A stretch of DNA of 64,000 nt from Laetmonice hystrix (Eukaryota): assembly GCA_965235115.1 (NCBI GenBank), contig OZ249436.1, positions 15,130,001 through 15,194,000 on the forward strand. The letters are read 5' to 3'. Below the pieces are notes generated by a model. The model was not told the DNA's origin. It saw nothing but the letters and a program-made list of their open reading frames with translations, and made no database searches. The translations under genes were made by a program, and so were the position numbers. Positions 10,101 through 25,100 of the stretch are shown piece by piece; within the stretch, counting starts at the first letter, position 1; each line of letters starts with the position of its first letter.

Positions 10101-13100
10101 ACTCTTCACTGTACTGTTTGGCCTCCCATTCTGCTTGGCCTCACAGTATACTGTTTGGCCTCACTGTAGTGTTTGCTTGGGTACTAGGCCAGGCAGTACC
10201 TTGTGGGGATTCCTCACTGTACTGTTTGGCCTTCTTGTACTCTTTGGCCTCACTCTACTGCTTGCTTGTATACAACCGTAGCCAGTAGTATACGGATGCC
10301 TCATGTTTCATGTTTGCATGCCTTTATTGTCCAGGAGGCAGGCCATACGTCTCGTCTATCATTTACTCCCATCTCATCTGTGTCCCCTACAGACCATCTG
10401 TAAGGGTCCGACAACGTTGTCAGGTAGTGCCAATAGCTGTTTGCCGTAAAGGTTTATTTAACAATGGCAAATGACGTTGTACGCCTTTCCTATATCAGAT
10501 ATCCCATCCCCAAGTGAAAAACGATTACAGAGATGTTGCAGGCAACTGCCAGGGTGCTGTGCTGAAGCGGCGGCTCCGACTGCACTGCCACCTTCCGGCT
10601 ACCGGTGGAATCACCACGTTTACCTGGCCGGGCTGGCAGCCACCTGTGGCGCTTAGGGGAGAGACAGGTTTCTGCAATGATAAGTGAAAAACGGCCTCAT
10701 TTTTGATACGTCAATTTGAAACTACGCCCCCGAAATTATGATTGTTAGGCCAGATCTATAAATGTCAAACCTATTGGTCTCGTACGTTCGCTACAGATAA
10801 ATAGTTGTGATATGTATATTTCGCATTTGAGTATCTTCTCCACATTTTAACATTAGATGCTCCTCGCCTGTATATTTCATTTCCACTACCTCACTTTACT
10901 GTTTGCATGGGTAGTAGGCCAGCTGGTAAGATGTACGGATTCCTCACTGTACTGTTTGACCTCCTATACTGCTTTGCCTCACTGTCCTCTTTGGCCTCAC
11001 TGTAGTGTTTCCTTGGGTACTAGGCCAGGCAGTACCTTGTGGGGATTCCTCACTCTACTGTTTGGCCTTCCTGTACTCTTTGGCCTCACTCTACTGCTTG
11101 CTTGTATACAACCGTAGCCAGTAGTATACGGATGCCTCATGTTTCATGTTTGCATGCCTTTATTGTCCAGGAGGCAGGCCATACGTTTCGTCTATCATTT
11201 ACTCCCATCTCATCTGTGTCCCCTACAGACCATCTGTAAGGGTCCGACAACGTTGTCAGGTAGTGCCAATGGCTGTTTGCCGAAAAAGTTTATTTAACAA
11301 TGGCAAATGACGTTGTACGCCTTTCCTATATCAGATACCCAATCCCCAGGTAAAAAAACGATTACAGAGATGTTGCAGGCAACCGCCAGGGTGCTGTGCT
11401 GGAGCGGCGGCTCCAACTGCACTGCCACCTTCCGGCTACCGGTGGAATCACCACGTATACCTGGCCGGGCTGCCAGGCACCTGTGGCGCTTAGGGGAGAG
11501 ACAGGTTTCTGCAATGATAAGCGAAAAATGTCCTCATTTTTGATACGTCAATTTGAAACTGCGCCCCCGAAATTATGATTGTTAGGCCAGATGTATAAAT
11601 GTCAAACCTATTGGTCTCGTACGTTCGCTACAGATAAATGGTTGTGATATGTATACTTCCCGTTTGAGTATCTTGTCCAAATTTTAACATTATATGCTCC
11701 TCGCCTGTACCTTTCATTTCCACTGCGTCACTGTACTGTTTGCATGGGTAGTAGGCCAGCTTGTAAGATGTACGGACTCTTCACTGTGCTGTTTGGCCTC
11801 CCATTCTGCTTCGCCTCACAGTATACTGTTTGGCCTCACTGTACTGTTTGGCCTCACTGTAGTGTTTGCTTGGGTACTAGGCCAGGCAGTACCTTGTGGG
11901 GATTCCTCACTGTACTGTTTGGCCTTCCTGTACTCTTTGGCCTCACTCTACTGCTTGCTTGTATACAACCGTAGCCAGTAGTGTACGGATGCCTCATGTT
12001 TCATGTTTGCATGCCTTTATTGTCCAGGAGGCAGGCCATACGTTTCGTCTATCATTTACTCCCATCTCATCTGTGTCCCCTACAGACCATCTGTAAGTGT
12101 TCGACAACGTTGTCAGGTAGTGCCAATGGCTGTTTGCCGTAAAGGTTTAATTAACAATGGCAAATGACGTTCTACGCCTTTTCTATATCAGATATCCCAT
12201 CACCAAGTGAAAAACGATTACAGACATGTTGCAGACAACCGCCAGGGTGCTGTGCTGACGCGGTGACTCCGACTGCACTGCCACCTTCCGGCTACCGGTG
12301 GAATCACGACGTATACCTGGCACGGCTTCCAGGCACCTGTGGCGCTTAGGGGAGAGACAGGTTTCTGCAATGATAAGTGAAAAATGGCCTCATTTTTGAT
12401 ACGTCAATTTGAAACTACGCCCCCGAAATTATGATTGTTAGGCCAGATGTATAAATGTCAAACCTATTGGTCTCGTACGTTCGCTACAGATAAATGGTTG
12501 TGATATGTATACTTCCCGTTTGAGTATCTTGTCCAAATTTTAACATTAGATGCTCCTCGCATGTACCTTTCATTTCCACTGCGTCACTGTACTGTTTGCA
12601 TGGGTAGTAGGCCAGCTTGTAAGATGTACGGACTCTTCACTGTGCTGTTTGGCCTCCCATTCTGCTTCGCCTCACAGTATACTGCTTTGCCTCCCTGTTC
12701 CGTTTGGCCTCACTGTAGTGTTTGCTTGGGTACTAGGCCAGGCAGTACCTTGTGGGGATTCCTCACTGTACTGTTTGGCCTTCCTGTACTCTTTGGCCTC
12801 ACTACGCCTTTCCTATATCAGATACCCCATCCCCAAGTAAAAAACGATTACAGAGATATTGCAGGCAACCGCCAGGGTGCTGTGCTGAAGCGGCGGCTCC
12901 AACTGCACTGCCACCTTCCGGCTACCGGTGGAATCACCACATATACCTGGCCGGGCTGCCAGGCACCTGTGGCGCTTAGGGGAGAGACAGGTTTCTGCAA
13001 TGATAAGCGAAAAATGTCCTCATTTTTCATACGTCAATTTGAAACTGCGCCCCCGAAATTATGATTGTTAGGCCAGATCTATAAATGTCAAACCTATTGG

Positions 13101-16100
13101 TCTCGTACGTTCGCTACAGATAAATAGTTGTGATATGTATATTTCGCATTTGAGTATCTTCTCCACATTTTAACATTAGATGCTCCTCGCCTGTATATTT
13201 CATTTCCACTACCTCACTTTACTGTTTGCATGGGTAGTAGGCCAGCTGGTAAGATGTACGGATTCCTCACTGTACTGTTTGGCCTCGTATACTGCTTTGC
13301 CTCACTGTCCTCTTTGGCCTCACTGTAGTGTTTGCTTGGGTACTAGGCCAGGCAGTACCTTGTGGGGATTCCTCACTCTACTGTTTGGCCTTCCTGTACT
13401 CTTTGGCCTCACTCTACTGCTTGCTTGTATACAACCGTAGCCAGTAGTATACGGATGCCTCATGTTTCATGTTTGCATGCCTTTATTGTCCAGGAGGCAG
13501 GCCATACATTTCGTCTATCATTTACTCCCATCTCATCTGTGTCCCCTACAGACCATCTGTAAGGGTCCGACAACGTTGTCAGGTAGTGCCAATGGCTGTT
13601 TGCCGAAAAAGTTTATTTAACAATGGCAAATGACGTTGTACGCCTTTCCTATATCAGATACCCAATCCCCAAGTAAAAAAACGATTACAGAGATGTTGCA
13701 GGCAACCGCCAGGGTGCTGTGCTGGAGCGGCGGCTCCAACTGCACTGCCACCTTCCGGCTACCGGTGGAATCACCACGTATACCTGGCCGGGCTGCCAGG
13801 CACCTGTGGCGCTTAGGGGAGAGACAGGTTTCTGCAATGATAAGCGAAAAATGTTCTCATTTTTGATACGTCAATTTGAAACTACGCCCCCGAAATTATG
13901 ATTGTTAGGCCAGATATATAAATGTCAAACGTATACGTCTCGTACGTTCGCTACAGATAAATGGTTGTGATATGTATACTTCCCGTTTGAGTATCTTTTC
14001 CAAATTTTAACATTAGATGCTCCTCGCCTGTACCTTTCATTTCCACTACGTCACTGTACTGTTTGGATGGGTAGTAGGCCAGCTTGTAAGATGTACGGAC
14101 TCTTCACTGTACTGTTTGGCCTCCCATTCTGCTTTGCCTAACGGTATAGAATCTACTGTTTGGCCTCCCTGTACTGTTTGGCCTCACTGTAGTGTTTGCT
14201 TGGGTACTAGGCCAGCCAGTACCTTGTGGGGATTCCTCACTGTACTGTTTGGCCTTCCTGTACTCTTTGGCCTCACTCTACTGCTTGCTTGTATACAACC
14301 GTAGCCAGTAGTATACGGATGCCTCTTGTTTCATGTTTGCATGCCTTTATTGTCCAGGAGGCAGGCCATACGTTTCGTCTATCATTTACTCCCATCTCAT
14401 CTGTGTCCCCTACAGACCATCTGTAAGCGTCCGACAACGTTGTCAGGTAGTGCCAATGGCTGTTTGCCGAAAAAGTTTATTTAACAATGGCAAATGACGT
14501 TGTACGCCTTTCCTATATCAGATACCCCATCCCCAAGTAAAAAACGATTACAGAGATATTGCAGGCAACCGCCAGGGTGCTGTGCTGAAGCGGCGGCTCC
14601 AACTGCACTGCCACCTTCCGGCTACCGGTGGAATCACCACATATACCTGGCCGGGCTGCCAGGCACCTGTGGCGCTTAGGGGAGAGACAGGTTTCTGCAA
14701 TGATAAGCGAAAAATGTCCTCATTTTTGATACGTCAATTTGAAACTGCGCCCCCGAAATTATGATTGTTAGGCCAGATGTATAAATGTCAAACCTATTGG
14801 TCTCGTACGTTCGCTACAGATAAATGGTTGTGATATGTATACTTCCCGTTTGAGTATCTTGTCCAAATTTTAACATTATATGTCCTCGCCTGTACCTTTC
14901 ATTTCCACTGCGTCACTGTACTGTTTGCATGGGTAGTAGGCCAGCTTGTAAGATGTACGGACTCTTCACTGTGCTGTTTGGCCTCCCATTCTGCTTCGCC
15001 TCACAGTATACTGTTTGGCCTCACTGTACTGTTTGGCCTCACTGTAGTGTTTGCTTGGGTACTAGGCCAGGCAGTACCTTGTGGGGATTCCTCACTGTAC
15101 TGTTTGGCCTTCCTGTACTCTTTGGCCTCACTCTACTGCTTGCTTGTATACAACCGTAGCCAGTAGTGTACGGATGCCTCATGTTTCATGTTTGCATGCC
15201 TTTATTGTCCAGGAGGCAGGCCATACGTTTCGTCTATCATTTACTCCCATCTCATCTGTGTCCCCTACAGACCATCTGTAAGTGTTCGACAACGTTGTCA
15301 GGTAGTGCCAATGGCTGTTTGCCGTAAAGGTTTAATTAACAATGGCAAATGACGTTCTACGCCTTTCCTATATCAGATATCCCATCACCAAGTGAAAAAC
15401 GATTACAGAGATGTTGCAGGCAACCGCCAGGGTGCTGTGCTGAAGCGGTGGCTCCGACTGCACTGCCACCTTCCGGCTACCGGTGGAATCACCACGTATA
15501 CCTGGCCCGGCTTCCAGGCACCTGTGGCGCTTAGGGGAGAGACAGGTTTCTGCAATGATAAGCGAAAAATGGCCGCATTTTTGATACGTCAATTTGAAAC
15601 TACGCCCCCGAAATTATGATTGTTAGGCCAGATGTATAAATGTCAAACCTATTGGTCTCGTACGTTCGCTACAGATAAATGGTTGTGATATGTATACTTC
15701 CCGTTTGAGTATCTTGTACAAATTTTAACATTAGATGCTCCTCGCATGTACCTTTCATTTCCACTGCGTCACTGTACTGTTTGCATGGGTAGTAGGCCAG
15801 CTTGTAAGATGTACGGACTCTTCACTGTGCTGTTTGGCCTCCCATTCTGCTTCGCCTCACAGTATACTGCTTTGCCTCCCTGTTCCGTTTGGCCTCACTG
15901 TAGTGTTTGCTTGGGTACTAGGCCAGGCAGTACCTTGTGGGGATTCCTCACTCTACTGTTTGGCCTTCCTGTACTCTTTGGCCTCACTCTACTGCTTGCT
16001 TGTATACAACCGTAGCCAGTAGTGTACGGATGCCTCATGTTTCATGTTTGCATGCCTTTGTTGTCCAGGAGGCAGGCCATACGTTTCGTCTATCATTTAC

Positions 16101-19100
16101 TCCCATCTCATCTGTGTCCCCTACAGACCATCTGTAAGGGTCCGACAACGTTGTCAGGTAGTGCCAATGGCTGTTTGCCGTAAAGGTTTAATTAACAATG
16201 GCAAATGACGTTCTACGCCTTTCCTATATCAGATATCCCATCACCAAGTGAAAAACGATTACAGAGATGTTGCAGACAACCGCCAGGGTGCTGTGCTGAC
16301 GCGGTGACTCCGACTGCACTGCCACCTTCCGGCTACCGGTGGAATCACGACGTATACCTGGCACGGCTTCCAGGCACCTGTGGCGCTTAGGGGAGAGACA
16401 GGTTTCTGCAATGATAAGTGAAAAACGGCCTCATTTTTGATACGTCAATTTGAAACTACGCCCCCGAAATTATGATTGTTAGGCCAGATCTATAAATGTC
16501 AAACCTATTGGTCTCGTACGTTCGCTACAGATAAATAGTTGTGATATGTATATTTCGCATTTGAGTATCTTCTCCACATTTTAACATTAGATGCTCCTCG
16601 CCTGTATATTTCATTTCCACTACCTCACTTTACTGTTTGCATGGGTAGTAGGCCAGCTGGTAAGATGTACGGATTCCTCACTGTACTGTTTGACCTCCTA
16701 TACTGCTTTGCCTCACTGTCCTCTTTGGCCTCACTGTAGTGTTTCCTTGGGTACTAGGCCAGGCAGTACCTTGTGGGGATTCCTCACTCTACTGTTTGGC
16801 CTTCCTGTACTCTTTGGCCTCACTCTACTGCTTGCTTGTATACAACCGTAGCCAGTAGTATACGGATGCCTCATGTTTCATGTTTGCATGCCTTTATTGT
16901 CCAGGAGGCAGGCCATACGTTTCGTCTATCATTTACTCCCATCTCATCTGTGTCCCCTACAGACCATCTGTAAGGGTCCGACAACGTTGTCAGGTAGTGC
17001 CAATGGCTGTTTGCCGAAAAAGTTTATTTAACAATGGCAAATGACGTTGTACGCCTTTCCTATATCAGATACCCAATCCCCAAGTAAAAAAACGATTACA
17101 GAGATGTTGCAGGCAACCGCCAGGGTGCTGTGCTGGAGCGGCGGCTCCAACTGCACTGCCACCTTCCGGCTACCGGTGGAATCACCACGTATACCTGGCC
17201 GGGCTGCCAGGCACCTGTGGCGCTTAGGGAAGAGACAGGTTTCTGCAATGATAAGCGAAAAATGTTCTCATTTTTGATACGTCAATTTGAAACTACGCCC
17301 CCGAAATTATGATTGTTAGGCCAGATATATAAATGTCAAACGTATACGTCTCGTACGTTCGCTACAGATAAATGGTTGTGATATGTATACTTCCCGTTTG
17401 AGTATCTTTTCCAAATTTTAACATTAGATGCTCCTCGCCTGTACCTTTCATTTCCACTACGTCACTGTACTGTTTGGATGGGTAGTAGGCCAGCTTGTAA
17501 GATGTACGGACTCTTCACTGTACTGTTTGGCCTCCCATTCTGCTTTGCCTAACGGTATAGAATCTACTGTTTGGCCTCCCTGTACTGTTTGGCCTCACTG
17601 TAGTGTTTGCTTGGGTACTAGGCCAGCCAGTACCTTGTGGGGATTCCTCACTGTACTGTTTGGCCTTCCTGTACTCTTTGGCCTCACTCTACTGCTTGCT
17701 TGTATACAACCGTAGCCAGTAGTATACGGATGCCTCTTGTTTCATGTTTGCATGCCTTTATTGTCCAGGAGGCAGGCCATACGTTTCGTCTATCATTTAC
17801 TCCCATCTCATCTGTGTCCCCTACAGACCATCTGTAAGCGTCCGACAACGTTGTCAGGTAGTGCCAATGGCTGTTTGCCGAAAAAGTTTATTTAACAATG
17901 GCAAATGACGTTGTACGCCTTTCCTATATCAGATACCCCATCCCCAAGTAAAAAACGATTACAGAGATATTGCAGGCAACCGCCAGGGTGCTGTGCTGAA
18001 GCGGCGGCTCCAACTGCACTGCCACCTTCCGGCTACCGGTGGAATCACCACATATACCTGGCCGGGCTGCCAGGCACCTGTGGCGCTTAGGGGAGAGACA
18101 GGTTTCTGCAATGATAAGCGAAAAATGTCCTCATTTTTGATACGTCAATTTGAAACTGCGCCCCCGAAATTATGATTGTTAGGCCAGATGTATAAATGTC
18201 AAACCTATTGGTCTCGTACGTTCGCTACAGATAAATGGTTGTGATATGTATACTTCCCGTTTGAGTATCTTGTCCAAATTTTAACATTATATGTCCTCGC
18301 CTGTACCTTTCATTTCCACTGCGTCACTGTACTGTTTGCATGGGTAGTAGGCCAGCTTGTAAGATGTACGGACTCTTCACTGTGCTGTTTGGCCTCCCAT
18401 TCTGCTTCGCCTCACAGTATACTGTTTGGCCTCACTGTACTGTTTGGCCTCACTGTAGTGTTTGCTTGGGTACTAGGCCAGGCAGTACCTTGTGGGGATT
18501 CCTCACTGTACTGTTTGGCCTTCCTGTACTCTTTGGCCTCACTCTACTGCTTGCTTGTATACAACCGTAGCCAGTAGTGTACGGATGCCTCATGTTTCAT
18601 GTTTGCATGCCTTTATTGTCCAGGAGGCAGGCCATACGTTTCGTCTATCATTTACTCCCATCTCATCTGTGTCCCCTACAGACCATCTGTAAGTGTTCGA
18701 CAACGTTGTCAGGTAGTGCCAATGGCTGTTTGCCGTAAAGGTTTAATTAACAATGGCAAATGACGTTCTACGCCTTTCCTATATCAGATATCCCATCACC
18801 AAGTGAAAAACGATTACAGAGATGTTGCAGGCAACCGCCAGGGTGCTGTGCTGAAGCGGTGGCTCCGACTGCACTGCCACCTTCCGGCTACCGGTGGAAT
18901 CACCACGTATACCTGGCCCGGCTTCCAGGCACCTGTGGCGCTTAGGGGAGAGACAGGTTTCTGCAATGATAAGCGAAAAATGGCCGCATTTTTGATACGT
19001 CAATTTGAAACTACGCCCCCGAAATTATGATTGTTAGGCCAGATGTATAAATGTCAAACCTATTGGTCTCGTACGTTCGCTACAGATAAATGGTTGTGAT

Positions 19101-22100
19101 ATGTATACTTCCCGTTTGAGTATCTTGTACAAATTTTAACATTAGATGCTCCTCGCATGTACCTTTCATTTCCACTGCGTCACTGTACTGTTTGCATGGG
19201 TAGTAGGCCAGCTTGTAAGATGTACGGACTCTTCACTGTGCTGTTTGGCCTCCCATTCTGCTTCGCCTCACAGTATACTGCTTTGCCTCCCTGTTCCGTT
19301 TGGCCTCACTGTAGTGTTTGCTTGGGTACTAGGCCAGGCAGTACCTTGTGGGGATTCCTCACTCTACTGTTTGGCCTTCCTGTACTCTTTGGCCTCACTC
19401 TACTGCTTGCTTGTATACAACCGTAGCCAGTAGTGTACGGATGCCTCATGTTTCATGTTTGCATGCCTTTGTTGTCCAGGAGGCAGGCCATACGTTTCGT
19501 CTATCATTTACTCCCATCTCATCTGTGTCCCCTACAGACCATCTGTAAGGGTCCGACAACGTTGTCAGGTAGTGCCAATGGCTGTTTGCCGTAAAGGTTT
19601 AATTAACAATGGCAAATGACGTTCTACGCCTTTCCTATATCAGATATCCCATCACCAAGTGAAAAACGATTACAGAGATGTTGCAGACAACCGCCAGGGT
19701 GCTGTGCTGACGCGGTGACTCCGACTGCACTGCCACCTTCCGGCTACCGGTGGAATCACGACGTATACCTGGCACGGCTTCCAGGCACCTGTGGCGCTTA
19801 GGGGAGAGACAGGTTTCTGCAATGATAAGTGAAAAACGGCCTCATTTTTGATACGTCAATTTGAAACTACGCCCCCGAAATTATGATTGTTAGGCCAGAT
19901 CTATAAATGTCAAACCTATTGGTCTCGTACGTTCGCTACAGATAAATAGTTGTGATATGTATATTTCGCATTTGAGTATCTTCTCCACATTTTAACATTA
20001 GATGCTCCTCGCCTGTATATTTCATTTCCACTACCTCACTTTACTGTTTGCATGGGTAGTAGGCCAGCTGGTAAGATGTACGGATTCCTCACTGTACTGT
20101 TTGACCTCCTATACTGCTTTGCCTCACTGTCCTCTTTGGCCTCACTGTAGTGTTTCCTTGGGTACTAGGCCAGGCAGTACCTTGTGGGGATTCCTCACTC
20201 TACTGTTTGGCCTTCCTGTACTCTTTGGCCTCACTCTACTGCTTGCTTGTATACAACCGTAGCCAGTAGTATACGGATGCCTCATGTTTCATGTTTGCAT
20301 GCCTTTATTGTCCAGGAGGCAGGCCATACGTTTCGTCTATCATTTACTCCCATCTCATCTGTGTCCCCTACAGACCATCTGTAAGGGTCCGACAACGTTG
20401 TCAGGTAGTGCCAATGGCTGTTTGCCGAAAAAGTTTATTTAACAATGGCAAATGACGTTGTACGCCTTTCCTATATCAGATACCCAATCCCCAAGTAAAA
20501 AAACGATTACAGAGATGTTGCAGGCAACCGCCAGGGTGCTGTGCTGGAGCGGCGGCTCCAACTGCACTGCCACCTTCCGGCTACCGGTGGAATCACCACG
20601 TATACCTGGCCGGGCTGCCAGGCACCTGTGGCGCTTAGGGAAGAGACAGGTTTCTGCAATGATAAGCGAAAAATGTTCTCATTTTTGATACGTCAATTTG
20701 AAACTACGCCCCCGAAATTATGATTGTTAGGCCAGATATATAAATGTCAAACGTATACGTCTCGTACGTTCGCTACAGATAAATGGTTGTGATATGTATA
20801 CTTCCCGTTTGAATATCTTCTCCAAATTTTAACATTAGATGCTCCTCGCCTGTACCTTTCATTTCCACTACGTCACTGTATGGTTTGCATGGGTAGTAGG
20901 CCAGCTGGTAAGATGTACGGACTCTTCACTGTACTGTTTGGCCTCCCATTCTGCTTGGCCTCACAGTATACTGTTTGGCCTCACTGTAGTGTTTGCTTGG
21001 GTACTAGGCCAGGCAGTACCTTGTGGGGATTCCTCACTGTACTGTTTGGCCTTCTTGTACTCTTTGGCCTCACTCTACTGCTTGCTTGTATACAACCATA
21101 GCCAGTAGTATACGGATGCCTCATGTTTCATGTTTGCATGCCTTTATTGTCCAGGAGGCAGGCCATACGTCTCGTCAATCATTTACTCCCATCTCATCTG
21201 TGTCCCCTACAGACCATCTGTAAGGGTCCGACAACGTTGTCAGGTAGTGCCAATGGCTGTTTGCCGAAAAAGTTTATTTAACAATGGCAAATGACGTTGT
21301 ACGCCTTTCCTATATCAGATACCCAATCCCCAAGTAAAAAAACGATTACAGAGATGTTGCAGGCAACCGCCAGGGTGCTGTGCTGGAGCGGCGGCTCCAA
21401 CTGCACTGCCACCTTCCGGCTACCGGTGGAATCACCACGTATACCTGGCCGGGCTGCCAGGCACCTGTGGCGCTTAGGGGAGAGACAGGTTTCTGCAATG
21501 ATAAGCGAAAAATGTTCTCATTTTTGATACGTCAATTTGAAACTACGCCCCCGAAATTATGATTGTTAGGCCAGATATATAAATGTCAAACGTATACGTC
21601 TCGTACGTTCGCTACAGATAAATGGTTGTGATATGTATACTTCCCGTTTGAATATCTTCTCCAAATTTTAACATTAGATGCTCCTCGCCTGTACCTTTCA
21701 TTTCCACTACGTCACTGTATGGTTTGCATGGGTAGTAGGCCAGCTGGTAAGATGTACGGACTCTTCACTGTACTGTTTGGCCTCCCATTCTGCTTGGCCT
21801 CACAGTATACTGTTTGGCCTCACTGTAGTGTTTGCTTGGGTACTAGGCCAGGCAGTACCTTGTGGGGATTCCTCACTGTACTGTTTGGCCTTCTTGTACT
21901 CTTTGGCCTCACTCTACTGCTTGCTTGTATACAACCATAGCCAGTAGTATACGGATGCCTCATGTTTCATGTTTGCATGCCTTTATTGTCCAGGAGGCAG
22001 GCCATACGTTTCGTCAATCATTTACTCCCATCTCATCTGTGTCCCCTACAGACCATCTGTAAGGGTCCGACAACGTTGTCAGGTAGTGCCAATGGCTGTT

Positions 22101-25100
22101 TGCCGTAAAGGTTTAATTATCAATGGCAAATGACGTTCTACGCCTTTCCTATATCAGATACCCAATCCCCAAGTAAAAAAACGATTACAGAGATGTTGCA
22201 GGCAACCGCCAGGGTGCTGTGCTGGAGCGGCGGCTCCAACTGCACTGCCACCTTCCGGCTACCGGTGGAATCACCACGTATACCTGGCCGGGCTGCCAGG
22301 CACCTGTGGCGCTTAGGGGAGAGACAGGTTTCTGCAATGATAAGCGAAAAATGTCCTCATTTTTGATACGTCAATTTGAAACTACGCCCCCGAAATTATG
22401 ATTGTTAGGCCAGATCTATAAATGTCAAACCTATTGGTCTCGTACGTTCGCTACAGATAAATGGTTGTGATATGTATACTTCCCGTTTGAGTATCTTTTC
22501 CAAATTTTAACATTAGATGCTCCTCGCCTGTACCTTTCATTTCCACTACGTCACTGTACTGTTTGCATGGGTAGTAGGCCAGCTTGTAAGATGTACGGAC
22601 TCTTCACTGTACTGTTTGGCCTCCCATTCTGCTTTGCCTAACGGTATAGAATCTACTGTTTGGCCTCCCTGTACTGTTTGGCCTCACTGTAGTGTTTGCT
22701 TGGGTACTAGACCAGCCAGTACCTTGTGGGGATTCCTCACTGTACTGTTTGGCCTTCCTGTACTCTTTGGCCTCACTCTACTGCTTGCTTGTATACAACC
22801 GTAGCCAGTAGTATACGGATGCCTCTTGTTTCATGTTTGCATGCCTTTATTGTCCAGGAGGCAGGCCATACGTTTCGTCTATCATTTACTCCCATCTCAT
22901 CTGTGTCCCCTACAGACCATCTGTAAGCGTCCGACAACGTTGTCAGGTAGTGCCAATGGCTGTTTGCCGAAAAAGTTTATTTAACAATGGCAAATGACGT
23001 TGTACGCCTTTCCTATATCAGATACCCAATCCCCAAGTAAAAAAACGATTACAGAGATGTTGCAGGCAACCGCCAGGGTGCTGTGCTGGAGCGGCGGCTC
23101 CAACTGCACTGCCACCTTCCGGCTACCGGTGGAATCACCACGTATACCTGGCCGGGCTGCCAGGCACCTGTGGCGCTTAGGGGAGAGACAGGTTTCTGCA
23201 ATGATAAGCGAAAAATGTTCTCATTTTTGATACGTCAATTTGAAACTACGCCCCCGAAATTATGATTGTTAGGCCAGATATATAAATGTCAAACGTATAC
23301 GTCTCGTACGTTCGCTACAGATAAATGGTTGTGATATGTATACTTCCCGTTTGAATATCTTCTCCAAATTTTAACATTAGATGCTCCTCGCCTGTACCTT
23401 TCATTTCCACTACGTCACTGTATGGTTTGCATGGGTAGTAGGCCAGCTGGTAAGATGTACGGACTCTTCACTGTACTGTTTGGCCTCCCATTCTGCTTGG
23501 CCTCACAGTATACTGTTTGGCCTCACTGTAGTGTTTGCTTGGGTACTAGGCCAGGCAGTACCTTGTGGGGATTCCTCACTGTACTGTTTGGCCTTCTTGT
23601 ACTCTTTGGCCTCACTCTACTGCTTGCTTGTATACAACCATAGCCAGTAGTATACGGATGCCTCATGTTTCATGTTTGCATGCCTTTATTGTCCAGGAGG
23701 CAGGCCATACGTCTCGTCAATCATTTACTCCCATCTCATCTGTGTCCCCTACAGACCATCTGTAAGGGTCCGACAACGTTGTCAGGTAGTGCCAATGGCT
23801 GTTTGCCGAAAAAGTTTATTTAACAATGGCAAATGACGTTGTACGCCTTTCCTATATCAGATACCCAATCCCCAAGTAAAAAAACGATTACAGAGATGTT
23901 GCAGCCAACCGCCAGGGTGCTGTGCTGGAGCGGCGGCTCCAACTGCACTGCCACCTTCCGGCTACCGGTGGAATCACCACGTATACCTGGCCGGGCTGCC
24001 AGGCACCTGTGGCGCTTAGGGGAGAGACAGGTTTCTGCAATGATAAGCGAAAAATGTTCTCATTTTTGATACGTCAATTTGAAACTACGCCCCCGAAATT
24101 ATGATTGTTAGGCCAGATATATAAATGTCAAACGTATACGTCTCGTACGTTCGCTACAGATAAATGGTTGTGATATGTATACTTCCCGTTTGAATATCTT
24201 CTCCAAATTTTAACATTAGATGCTCCTCGCCTGTACCTTTCATTTCCACTACGTCACTGTATGGTTTGCATGGGTAGTAGGCCAGCTGGTAAGATGTACG
24301 GACTCTTCACTGTACTGTTTGGCCTCCCATTCTGCTTGGCCTCACAGTATACTGTTTGGCCTCACTGTAGTGTTTGCTTGGGTACTAGGCCAGGCAGTAC
24401 CTTGTGGGGATTCCTCACTGTACTGTTTGGCCTTCTTGTACTCTTTGGCCTCACTCTACTGCTTGCTTGTATACAACCATAGCCAGTAGTATACGGATGC
24501 CTCATGTTTCATGTTTGCATGCCTTTATTGTCCAGGAGGCAGGCCATACGTTTCGTCAATCATTTACTCCCATCTCATCTGTGTCCCCTACAGACCATCT
24601 GTAAGGGTCCGACAACGTTGTCAGGTAGTGCCAATGGCTGTTTGCCGTAAAGGTTTAATTATCAATGGCAAATGACGTTCTACGCCTTTCCTATATCAGA
24701 TACCCAATCCCCAAGTAAAAAAACGATTACAGAGATGTTGCAGGCAACCGCCAGGGTGCTGTGCTGGAGCGGCGGCTCCAACTGCACTGCCACCTTCCGG
24801 CTACCGGTGGAATCACCACGTATACCTGGCCGGGCTGCCAGGCACCTGTGGCGCTTAGGGGAGAGACAGGTTTCTGCAATGATAAGCGAAAAATGTCCTC
24901 ATTTTTGATACGTCAATTTGAAACTACGCCCCCGAAATTATGATTGTTAGGCCAGATCTATAAATGTCAAACCTATTGGTCTCGTACGTTCGCTACAGAT
25001 AAATGGTTGTGATATGTATACTTCCCGTTTGAGTATCTTTTCCAAATTTTAACATTAGATGCTCCTCGCCTGTACCTTTCATTTCCACTACGTCACTGTA

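Noticed and set aside
12144..12165. GGTTTAATTA resembling the start of nematode SL1 spliced leader
   Set aside because: Only the first 10 nt match, only in some subtypes, and there is no following splice donor or Sm site in the expected arrangement.
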